A stretch of DNA of 64,000 nucleotides from Vicinamibacteria bacterium (GTDB lineage: Bacteria; Acidobacteriota; Vicinamibacteria; Vicinamibacterales; UBA8438), in NCBI GenBank assembly GCA_963579735.1, contig CAUZIB010000005.1, positions 6,463-70,462 on the forward strand. The letters are read 5' to 3'. Each line of letters opens with the position of its first letter. The first letter of the stretch is position 1. Of the stretch, positions 10,974 through 19,653 are shown in pieces. The position numbers and the translations under genes are program-made. The notes under the pieces were generated by a model, which worked only from the letters and a program-made list of their open reading frames with translations, searched no databases and was not told the origin of the DNA.

Positions 10974-12257
10974 ATGCGTCTAGAAGCCGGGAGACAGTTC
11001 GGTCCCTACACGATCCAAACGCCCCTCGGAGCCGGGGGGATGGGTGAAGTCTATCGAGCCCACGACACCCGCCTGGACCGCGCCGTCGCCATCAAGGTCC
11101 TCCCCGAACACGCCGCCAGCGACCCTGACCTGAGGCGGCGGTTCGAGCGGGAAGCCAAAACCATCTCCAGTCTGAACCACCCGCACATCTGCACCCTGTA
11201 CGACATTGGCAGCCAGGACGGGATCGACTTCCTGGTCATGGAATACCTGGAGGGCGTGACGCTCGCGCAGCGGCTCGAGAAGGGCCCGTTGCCGCTCGAT
11301 CAGGCGCTCACGATGGCGATCGAGATCGCTGATGCGTTGGACATGGCGCATCGGCGCGGGGTCATTCATCGCGATCTGAAGCCGAACAACATCATGCTGA
11401 CGGAGGCCGGGGTGAAGCTGCTCGACTTCGGGTTGGCGAAGGCACGGCCGACAGGCGTTCTTGGAACAGAACACGACTCGGAGACGGTGACCCAAACCGA
11501 GCCTCTGACCGGGCAGGGGATGCTGCTGGGCACTGTGCAGTACATGGCCCCGGAGCAGTTGCAGGGGAAAGAGGCCGATACCCGCACCGATATCTTCGCG
11601 TTCGGGGCGGTGATCTACGAGATGGTCGCCGGCACGAGGGCGTTCCAAGGCGACACGCAGGCGAGCCTGATCGCCGCGATCCTCGAGCATGAGCCACGGC
11701 CCGCATCGGCCCTTCGGCCGCTCACACCGCGGGCTCTCGATCGACTCATCAGGGCCTGCCTCGAGAAGGATCCAGATGAGAGATGGCAGTCAGGTAAAGA
11801 CCTCAGCCGGGCACTTGAGTGGATTGTCGGTGACGGCTCAAACAATGGCGATGCGGACGCCGATCGGCGTCCGCGATTCGGCATGCCGGTGGTCGCTGGA
11901 GTCGCCGTCGCCGCGATGCTGGCGGGAGCGCTCGCGGCGTGGGTCTTGACATCCTCTGACACGCTTCAGGCCCCCTCCACCGGCCGGTTCTATGTCAACA
12001 CTCCCCCCAACAGCGAACTCCGTAAGACTGGCATCTTTCCTGAGGTCGCCATCTCGCCGGATGCCCAGCGCATTGTGTGGGCCTCAGGATCGTCCGGTGG
12101 GTCCAGCACGCTCTACGTGCGTCAACTCGACCAATTGGATCCAACGCTGGTGCGAGACGTCGTCGGTGCCACCCCTCCTTTCTTTTCGCCAGACGGACAA
12201 CGTCTGGGTTTCTATGACTCCACCGATGAAAACTGCCTGCTCGGCTCTGACTGTTAG
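10974..12257 (+). CDS. Ser/Thr protein kinase, C-terminally truncated (kinase + TM + first propeller blade only)
   Basis: GAGGMGEVY, VAIK, HRDLKPNN, DFG and APE motifs, then a TM segment. The TolB-like repeat (FFSPDGQRLGFYD) stops abruptly at ...LLGSDC. Confidence 0.8.
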   Translation: MRLEAGRQFGPYTIQTPLGAGGMGEVYRAHDTRLDRAVAIKVLPEHAASDPDLRRRFEREAKTISSLNHPHICTLYDIGSQDGIDFLVMEYLEGVTLAQRLEKGPLPLDQALTMAIEIADALDMAHRRGVIHRDLKPNNIMLTEAGVKLLDFGLAKARPTGVLGTEHDSETVTQTEPLTGQGMLLGTVQYMAPEQLQGKEADTRTDIFAFGAVIYEMVAGTRAFQGDTQASLIAAILEHEPRPASALRPLTPRALDRLIRACLEKDPDERWQSGKDLSRALEWIVGDGSNNGDADADRRPRFGMPVVAGVAVAAMLAGALAAWVLTSSDTLQAPSTGRFYVNTPPNSELRKTGIFPEVAISPDAQRIVWASGSSGGSSTLYVRQLDQLDPTLVRDVVGATPPFFSPDGQRLGFYDSTDENCLLGSDC

Positions 12258-12428
12258 GCTCTGCCGGAGCGGGTTGCGCCGGATAGGCTCCGGCCGTTGG
12301 GCCCTGAGCACGGGCAGCATGCCAAATTGCTTGACGATGCTCGTAAGGATTCCTAAGACGTCCCAGATTTTGCCCTATCCAGTTCTGTGGGCGCGTGCTA
12401 TTGTGCCGGCCACAATGAGGAGATAGCC

Positions 12429-13052
12429 ATGAAGACTTATCTTATCGAAGCCATCGGAACGTTCTTTCTCGTACTTGTAATCGGACTGACTGTCGCCGGC
12501 GGTGTCGCCCTGGCCCCTGTAGCGATCGGCAGTACGCTCATGGTAATGGTTTACATGGGGGGCCACATTTCTGGCGCCCACTATAACCCCGCCGTCACAT
12601 TGGGAGTATTGATTCGCGGCAAGATCGGAGGAAAAGACGCCGGTATTTACATGGTGTCGCAGGTGATTGGCGCTGTCCTGGCTGCGGCAGTGTCGTCCTG
12701 GCTGGCCGGAAGCTCGATCGAAGTTGGACCGGGTGAAGGGGTTGCCGTAGTCAAGGCTCTCGTAGCGGAAATCCTCATTACATTCGCACTCGTTTCCGTC
12801 ATGCTCAACGTTGCGACATCCAAGGATCATCCCGATAATTCGTTCTACGGACTCGCGATCGGATTCACCGTTATGGTGGGTGCCTTTTCGGTCGGACCGA
12901 TCTCGGGTGGCGCGTTCAACCCTGCTGTCGCCCTGGGTCACAACATCATCAATGGTACCCTCGGCAATATCTGGATATATCTGCTGGGTCCGTTTGCTGG
13001 TGGCCTGCTCGCGGCCATCGTGTTCAAAATCACGAATCCCGACGACCAGTAG
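12429..13052 (+). CDS. Aquaporin / MIP family channel
   Basis: Two NPA boxes (SGAHYNPAVT, SGGAFNPAVA) and 6 TM helices. GAGGAG ribosome-binding site before MKTYLIE. Visibly lower GC than the surroundings. Confidence 0.9.
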   Translation: MKTYLIEAIGTFFLVLVIGLTVAGGVALAPVAIGSTLMVMVYMGGHISGAHYNPAVTLGVLIRGKIGGKDAGIYMVSQVIGAVLAAAVSSWLAGSSIEVGPGEGVAVVKALVAEILITFALVSVMLNVATSKDHPDNSFYGLAIGFTVMVGAFSVGPISGGAFNPAVALGHNIINGTLGNIWIYLLGPFAGGLLAAIVFKITNPDDQ

Positions 13053-13168
13053 GTCCACGACGAGCCAGCCCGATCATAGCGAACTACGCGAGACCGACCT
13101 GTGCCAATAACGCCTCCGCTTGAGGGCGGCGTCCATACGAAACGTACGTACCTGTCGATTTCCGACAT

Positions 13169-13420
13169 ATGAAGAACGTTCTGCTACTGGGCGATTCGAT
13201 CCGCTTGAGTTACCAGGAGGCGGTCGCAGAAAAGCTCAAGGATGTCGCGGTGGTGTCCGGCCCGGAGGACAACGACCGCTTTGCCAAGTATACCTTTTGG
13301 TATTGTGCCAAGTGGGTCGACGAATGCGGCGATGTTGACGTCATTCACTGGAACAACGGCATTTGGGATGCTTATCTCCAGTATCCGGAATCCGGTCCCT
13401 TCACACCCGTAGGTCTATAG
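13169..13420 (+). pseudogene. SGNH/GDSL hydrolase N-terminal fragment
   Basis: MKNVLLLGDSIRL block I motif, but only 83 codons where the family normally has about 200. Lower GC than surroundings. Confidence 0.5.
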
Positions 13421-13451
13421 GACGGATTAGACGGGTTCGTAGGTTAACGTA

Positions 13452-14483
13452 GTGTCCGTTATTGGACGCAATCCTCAACGAGTCCACATGCTGGAAACGC
13501 TCTGGCCCCGACCAAGCTGGTGTCATCTACACGCCCGACAACCACTTCACAGCAAGGAGTCCGGGCTCCGCCCGGCCGCCCTATTGCGCACGACGTCACA
13601 GACCTGGGACCTCGCCGATGCCTTGTTCGTCGGCGCGGTGTCGACGCAACTTGTCGACCCGGCCGAGGCGATCGACCGTGCCCGGGAGGCGGCCACACTG
13701 GGCGCGCAGGTGAGACACGATGGCGCGGCGTGCGTGGCCGCCTTTGTCGAGGACTTTTGTCGGTTGGTGATCGACGGACGCCTGGATCTGGTCGAGCACA
13801 GCGTGCGGGAGACCATCGAGCGCTTCCAGCACGAAGGATGGATTTACACGAGCTACGTGCTGCTCGCCACGACGCTCTTCTGGGCCGGACGATGGGTCTG
13901 AAGTCGAGCGCGCCTGCCGCGAGTCCATCCAACGTGAACCGCCAGGGAATTACCAGGGCGGCGGGCACGCCTATCTGAGGATGACCCGGGCCTACCAGTC
14001 GACCCCCGACGCCTTCGACGAGCTACGAGCGGTCGCCAAAGACTTGCCCGCGGGTGACGGAGTGCATCGTTTCGGTGTCTGGATGCAAGTCGGAGCCCTC
14101 GTGGAGGGCTTCGCGATGCTGGGGGGTCGACACGATGTGGCCGGCCTCTACCCTATCGTGAGCCAGAGTCTCGAGACTGGCAACGTCATCACATTGAGCG
14201 GGAGGCTCTGGCCGATGCTCGCCGGCATGGCCGCCGGCGCCGGACAGCAGTGGACGGCCGCCGAGGACCACTTCGAGACCGCTCTTCGACAGGCGCACAC
14301 ATTGCCGCACCGGATCGCGCAGCCTGAGGTGCGCCGCTGGTATGCGTGGATGCTCCTCGACCGCAATCAACCCGGCGACGCGGAGAAGGCCAGAACCTCC
14401 TCGACGAGGCGGTCGAGATGTATGGCGCGATCGGCATGCCGAAACATGTCGAGCTGGCAAGGCGGTTGCTCGGTCAGGGGTGA
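13452..14483 (+). pseudogene. C-terminal helical-repeat (TPR-like) fragment of a large regulatory protein, frameshifted
   Basis: Helical-repeat sequence spread over at least 2 frames. It ends QNLLDEAVEMYGAIGMPKHVELARRLLGQG* in a frame shifted relative to ORF 13981-14988. No N-terminal domain is present. Confidence 0.4.
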
Positions 14484-14614
14484 ATCGGAGACCGCGACAC
14501 CGTCGCGAGGGAACAGTGAGGTCCTGTCTGGCCGCCTAGCCCTGGCCTTGCAACAGGTTCGTCGCCGAGGCACGGATGGGCAGTCGTTCCAGTGTCTGAA
14601 CGCGACGAGGTTGA

Positions 14615-14850
14615 TTTGCCCACCATTTGCCCACGAACTCCGCAGCACTAGCCAGTACCAGACAGCACGAACACGCCGAGAATGTCGCCTTTTTCAGGGA
14701 ACAATCTGGACAGGACGGTACCAGACAGCACGAGCCGGACTGGTCCATGCAGATTCCCCCCTTCCGCACCATTCTTCAGGAGAGGCGCGGTTTCAGGGGC
14801 TTTCTTGGCCGGAAATCGACAAAAAGCTAACGAACTATTCGGAACGCGGT
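14615..14850 (+). repeat. Repeat copy 2 (TTTGCCCAC tandem plus ~230-nt non-coding tail, contains the tRNA-Leu 3' duplicate)
   Basis: 20-mer identical to copy 1. About 120 nt aligns at roughly 70% with 20712-20830, and the shared GGAACGCGG lies at similar offsets (226 vs 214). Substitutions show no third-position bias. Confidence 0.6.
14752..14772 (+). repeat. Duplicate of the tRNA-Leu 3' end (att core-like)
   Basis: TCCCCCCTTCCGCACCAT is identical to 10801-10818, and no remaining tRNA body lies upstream. Confidence 0.75.
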
Positions 14851-14984
14851 TTCCGTGCCCCTCCCGCGCACTGCATCCGACCGTCCCCCGAGGTAAAGCC
14901 CCCGGTGCAGACCGACCCGCAGCGTCCTGATTCCCGGCAAATTTTCTGGCGTGTCGGTGGCGCTCGGCAGGTCGTTGCCCGTCA

Positions 14985-16136
14985 GTGATCGGCGAACACA
15001 GTGGTCTATTGGTCGACGGGGGCAGTGACGCACACTACGTGCCGACCGGAGAGCTCGTCTACGCCCGGGGCAACGCCCTGTTTGACGTCGGGCTCGACGC
15101 CGATACCCTTGCGGTGGAAGACGGGCCGGTGTCCCTCGTCGATGGCGTGCTTCGGACGACGAGCCATGCGAACTTCGACGTGTCTGACGACGGAACACTC
15201 TTCTACGTCGCCGGCGGCGTGCCTTTGATGAGCCCGCTTGTCTGGGTGGATCGAGACGGAAGCGCGGAACCGATCGAGGCAATTCCGCCCAATGGCTATA
15301 TGACACCGCGCCTGTCGCCGCACGGCGATCGGGTGTTGGTCGTCGCCGAGGGCGATGCGTGGGTCTACGACATCGCGAGCGCCCGCGAGAGTCGGATCAC
15401 GACCGACCAAAAGACGCTCAATGACGCCGGTTGGACGCCGGATAGCCAACGGGTGCTGTTCGGGTCCGCGCGTGAGGGCACATTTCAGGTGTTCGCCAAG
15501 GCGGCCGACGGCACCGGTAGTGTCGAACGGCTGACGGACGAGGCGGACTATCCGGTCGGCATTACACCTCTTGCGGTCTCTCCGGACCGGCAGCACTTGT
15601 TGATGCAGCACGGTGTCACTGGTGAAACCGCTCTCCTGCGGATGGCGCTGGAGGGCGACCGGGTGGTCGAGGAGCTACTGGAGGGCAACGCCAACGAGAG
15701 AAATCCGCTCTCTCGGCCGACGGCCGTTGGATCGCCTACCAATCCGACGAGTCGGGGCAGGATGAAATCTACGTGCGTCCATTTCCCGACGTGGGGGCGG
15801 GACGGTGGCAGGTGTGGGACACCGGCGGCACCCAGCCGGTGTGGAGCCCAGACCCTTACGGACGGGAATTGTTCTACTGGACCCCCGCGCCGAGTCTGGT
15901 AGTAGTGCCGGTCCGCGGAGAGGGCGCAACGTTCGCGCATGGCAACCCGGAGGTCCTGTTCGATAACGAGGGGTATATCCCCGGGCAAAACGGCCACAGC
16001 TACGACATGTCGCCGGACGGGAGTCGCTTTCTGATGATCAAAATAAACAGCGTCGAGGATACCGCCACCGTGCCTGAGATCGTCGTCGTGGAAAACTGGT
16101 TCCAGGAAACTGCTCGAGCGCCTTCCGGTGCCGTAG
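14985..16136 (+). pseudogene. Ser/Thr kinase C-terminal TolB-like beta-propeller remnant (two frameshifts, no kinase domain)
   Basis: Repeats such as LSPHGDRVLVV, WTPDSQRVLF and SADGRWIAYQSDESGQDEIYVRPFPDVGAGRWQV. The frame changes near 15715 and near 16108, and the family-typical end NWFQE-LLERLPVP* is restored only after the shift. Confidence 0.7.
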
Positions 16137-16139
16137 CCA

Positions 16140-16307
16140 GTGCCTCTCAAACCCGGAACCGCTCGCGGCGCCTACTCCGCCACCGCCAAGATCGGCGAGG
16201 CCGGTATAGGCGGCGTGTGTCGGGCGCGCGACACAAAGCTCGACCGCGACGTGCCGCTGAAGGTGCTGCCGCGGGCATTCACGGCCGACCCCGATACGCC
16301 CTCTTGA
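16140..16307 (+). pseudogene. N-terminal 55-codon stub of a further tandem Ser/Thr kinase
   Basis: GTG 3 nt after the preceding stop; PLKPGTARGAYSATAKIGEAGIGGVCRARDTKLDRDVPLKVLP is a degenerate Gly-loop/VAIK region that then stops. Confidence 0.55.
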
Positions 16308-16449
16308 ACTCCGGCTGGACTTTCGATTTCACCTGACAGTAGCGGTGCTGAACTCCTTAGCGCTGCCAGCCAGGAATTCCCAGATCTGTTGGCCCCGGGC
16401 GTCTTACAACACGCAACAAGCGCACACTGGAATAGTGTTGCACTGCTTC

Positions 16450-16677
16450 GTGAAGAACATTACCCTCAGCGCAGAAGAGACCATCATCGAGGCCGCCAGG
16501 CAGACCGCGCGAAAACGAAAAACCACGCTGAACGCTGAGTTTCGCGAGTGGCTTCGTCGCTACGCGGTGCCCGAAGAGGGCGAAGAACACGCCCGGCGCT
16601 ATCGGCGACTGATGCAATTGTTGGTAGGCGTTTCAAGCGGACGCGTGTTCTCCCGGGACGAGATGAATGAGCGCTGA
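16450..16677 (+). CDS. Type II antitoxin (VapB-like)
   Basis: 75-codon frame from GTG (VKNITLSAEETIIEAARQ...), a small charged protein. Its stop overlaps the PIN toxin start by 11 nt. Confidence 0.55.
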   Translation: MKNITLSAEETIIEAARQTARKRKTTLNAEFREWLRRYAVPEEGEEHARRYRRLMQLLVGVSSGRVFSRDEMNER

Positions 16678-17104
16678 GTTTTTTATGGATACGAACGTGC
16701 TCGTCTACACGTCCGACCATGGCCATCCTGAGAAACGCGCACTGGCTAACGAGATTGTTGAACGAGCGGTTTCAAGTCGGCGTGGCGTCATCAGCTTTCA
16801 GGTGGTGCAGGAATTCCTGAACGTCGCGCTGACGAAATTCGAGAGGCCGCTCAGCATCGACGACGCGTCGCAGTATCTGGAGCAGGTGCTCGACCCGTTG
16901 TGCGCGGTCTTCTCGAGCGCCCATCTGTACAGGAGGACCCTCGCGATTCGAGAGCGCTGGCGGTTCAGCTTTTACCACTCGTTGATCGTTGCGGCCGCAC
17001 TCGAGTCAGAGTGCGAGACGCTGTATAGCGAGGATCTTCAGCACGAGCAGCGGGTCGAATCGTTGACGATTGTCAATCCGTTTCTCCGCGCTTCAGCGTC
17101 GTAG
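16667..17104 (+). CDS. vapC: PIN-domain ribonuclease toxin (VapC family)
   Basis: FFMDTNVLVY with conserved acidic residues (D8, QEF, SEDLQH), 145 aa. Confidence 0.8.
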   Translation: MSAEFFMDTNVLVYTSDHGHPEKRALANEIVERAVSSRRGVISFQVVQEFLNVALTKFERPLSIDDASQYLEQVLDPLCAVFSSAHLYRRTLAIRERWRFSFYHSLIVAAALESECETLYSEDLQHEQRVESLTIVNPFLRASAS

Positions 17105-17213
17105 AAGGCGCTGCGCAGGTCTCCCTGATGGCGATCCGTCGAAACGACCGCGCCCTCATTTCCCATCAGTCCATGCAATAGGGCCCGCCAACGCGGGAAA
17201 TTGGAGGAGACGT

Positions 17214-18275
17214 ATGAAGCTGTTTCTCGCGGTGTTCATACTATTCGCAGGCACGATGCAAGCGGCGGCCCAATGGCTCGATCGTCCCTGGCCGGGCATC
17301 CCGCGCACAGCTGACGGGAAGCCGAACCTCACCGCGCCCGCGCCACGTGGGCCCGATGACCAGCCGGATTTGACCGGCGTCTGGAGCGGGCCGCCTCCCG
17401 TCGCCCGTCTCGACCCGGCCACGTTGCAACCGTGGGTCACCGACCTCGCCCGTCGGCGTCAGCAGGAGTACTACAAGACGCGCCCATTTTTCCAGTGTCT
17501 GCCGAGCGGGCCCGAGACCGAGCGGTCTGGCGGCTGGAAACGCTTCATCCAGACACCGACCGCCATCGCGATCCTGAACGACGACCTCACCTATCGCGTG
17601 GTCCACATGGACGGCCGCGAACTGGAAGCCGACGCCTTGCCAAGCTGGACGGGGTATTCGGTGGGGCACTGGGACGGCGACACGCTGGTCGTCGAGAGCG
17701 CCGGATTCAACGACAAGACGTGGGTGAGTCGCTACGGGGTCTCGCACACGGACGAGTTGCGGATCACAGAGCGCTACCGGCGTCCCGACTTCGGGCACCT
17801 GCAGGTGGAAGTCACCTTCACCGATCCCGGTGCGTTCGCCGAGCCGTGGAGCTTTGGGGTGACTATGGCGCTGGCGGCCGATACGGACATGCTCGAGTCG
17901 GTCTGCGAACGCAGCAGCGAAGACTGGGCGGGCAGCCTCTCAGACGCCGCCAATCGGGCGGTAGCCGTGCCGCCAGACGTTCTGGCACGATACGTCGGCG
18001 TCTACAGTGGTATCTACAGGGGAATTCAGCGGACGTATGACGTGTCGCTTTCCGGCGACGAATTGATCGCGACCATCGTCGGCGCCTACGACGCAGTGGG
18101 CCTCGGCGCCGCCGGCCTCGACGAAGGGGCGCCGCGGCCGCTCGTGCCGCAATCCCAGACGCTGTTCGAAGGCCTGGGCCTCGGTTACCGGTTCATTGTC
18201 AACGACGTGGGCGTGGCGACAGACGTCATGGTGATTCACGTAACTGGCGACTACAAATACTCGCGCCAGCAGTGA
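17214..18275 (+). CDS. Secreted protein of unknown function (paralog of 26427-27311)
   Basis: GGAGGAGA ribosome-binding site, signal peptide MKLFLAVFILFAGTMQAAAQ. Shared block GYSVGHWDGDTLVVESAGFNDKTW...HTDELRITERY...DPGAFAEPW. Confidence 0.75.
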   Translation: MKLFLAVFILFAGTMQAAAQWLDRPWPGIPRTADGKPNLTAPAPRGPDDQPDLTGVWSGPPPVARLDPATLQPWVTDLARRRQQEYYKTRPFFQCLPSGPETERSGGWKRFIQTPTAIAILNDDLTYRVVHMDGRELEADALPSWTGYSVGHWDGDTLVVESAGFNDKTWVSRYGVSHTDELRITERYRRPDFGHLQVEVTFTDPGAFAEPWSFGVTMALAADTDMLESVCERSSEDWAGSLSDAANRAVAVPPDVLARYVGVYSGIYRGIQRTYDVSLSGDELIATIVGAYDAVGLGAAGLDEGAPRPLVPQSQTLFEGLGLGYRFIVNDVGVATDVMVIHVTGDYKYSRQQ

Positions 18276-18318
18276 CCCCAGTTAGCTGTCCGGTACGCGA
18301 CAACAACGCCTACCACCG

Positions 18319-18825
18319 CTATCGCAGCGCCACCTGCAGACGATACGTGGCCTCCCGGCCCACGAGAAACGGAAGCGCGAATGGCCGATGGACTCGCACC
18401 TGCGGCACCAGCGCCAATCGGCGTGTGAACGCAATCGCTCCATCAAGGCCAGCGCTGACGGCCATGCTGGATTCGGTCCGGTCACCCCGGTCTGTGGTCG
18501 CCAGAGCTGGGATGAAATTCGAGATTCCGTCGGTCGTGCTCATCCCTCCGATTCCAACCAGGAAACCCAAACGTAGGCGGCGGATCGGCTCGGGATGCCA
18601 GCCAAACAGAGCGGACACCGTCGTCCTGCGAACCGCGGTCCGAGTCGTCACGGGCCCGGACACGATCGTGTCGGTGCCGGGGTCGCGGCAGTGGAACGAG
18701 GGCCGGTCCCACTGCCGTCGATGCCGTCCGGGCACCTCGAGCTCTAGTCGTATGCTGGTCCGGGGTGAGCGGAAGGCGCCGACGCCGAGGCCAACGCCCG
18801 TCGTCCGAGTCGTCGTCGCGGAAAG
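18319..18825 (-). pseudogene. Outer-membrane beta-barrel (porin-like) protein remnant
   Basis: Alternating beta-strand patterns (GVGLGVGAFRSPRTSIRLELEV, RLRLGFLVGIGG, SSMAVSAGLDGAIAF, ATYRLQVALR). The signal-peptide-like part (AVVVVLILGAVVPAAAQ) is in another frame with no start codon, and a TAG stop comes two codons before a terminal RW. Confidence 0.35.
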
Positions 18826-19528
18826 TCACGGTCCCAATCAAACACAGGGCCGGCCTCAACGAAGAACCCATTTGACGTCTGGAGCCAGGGCGATTGCGCA
18901 GCGGCGGGCACAACGGCGCCCAGGATGAGAACGACGACGACGGCGGGAATATTGCTGGCCCTGGCGATTCGGCCGGTCTATGGCCAGAACTACTCCGAGC
19001 GCAGCCTCCGGGGTTCATAGGTATTTCGGGGCTGTGGCACCGTGGGAGGGAGTTGATGCCCCGTCGATCGGGCGCACCGTGTACGACGGCGCTGGGGGGT
19101 GTCAGAGCCGCCTTTTCTTGAACCTCGGGGGAACGATCGTTGAGTTCAACACGAACGCCGGCGGCTCCTGCACCTACACAGTTGGCCCCCAAGGTTTGTA
19201 TCGATCTTCTTACGTCGGTGGACCGCGGCTAGTAGGAGAGGACTTCCCCATAAAATCTGGCGGACGGAACGCCGGCTGCATTTGACTGGGTCGATAAGTT
19301 TCCCACACGACGTGGCAGCGAATCGACGGCAGGTGTCCCGCGACGGCGGAGCCTACCCTGCGTCGTCGCGGGATGGCCAGAGGCCAGGTGTCCCCTCGTG
19401 GAGCGCGGCCTGGCCGCGGACGTACGGTTCGTGAACCCGGGTCCCGGTTATGCGCCACGAGCGACAGCTCGAGCCCACCGAATACCCAGAGCAGCTGGGA
19501 GTTCCTGAGCGCTAACGGGTTTCAGGGC

Positions 19529-19639
19529 CTATCTCTCTTTCGCCTGTTTGTCCCGCTGCGCCTTCTTCTTCGCTGCGTCCTTTGCTGCTCTTTGCTTCTG
19601 GCCCTTGTCCTTGTCTTTCTGACCGCCTTTATCTCCCAT
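19529..19639 (-). CDS. 36-aa lysine-rich small protein
   Basis: MGDKGGQKDKDKGQKQRAAKDAAKKKAQRDKQAKER*, below the ORF-track cutoff. GGGAGG ribosome-binding site 6 nt upstream, and the start is 14 nt after the upstream gene's TAA stop. Confidence 0.55.
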   Translation of the reverse strand: MGDKGGQKDKDKGQKQRAAKDAAKKKAQRDKQAKER

Positions 19640-19653
19640 CGCATGCCTCCCTG

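Larger units (their letters stand above)
10798..14772. mobile_element. Decayed integrated element remnant at tRNA-Leu (att-like repeats, no integrase)
   Basis: The tRNA 3' end (10801-10818) recurs perfectly at 14755-14772 (20 of 21 nt across 10798-10818). Tandem TTTGCCCAC motifs lie inside both ends, and the interior holds a lower-GC block and gene fragments. Confidence 0.4.

Noticed and set aside
12375-13058. 227-aa minus-strand ORF opposite the aquaporin
   Set aside because: The plus-strand frame carries both NPA boxes and six TM helices with a good ribosome-binding site. The antisense frame has no recognisable features.
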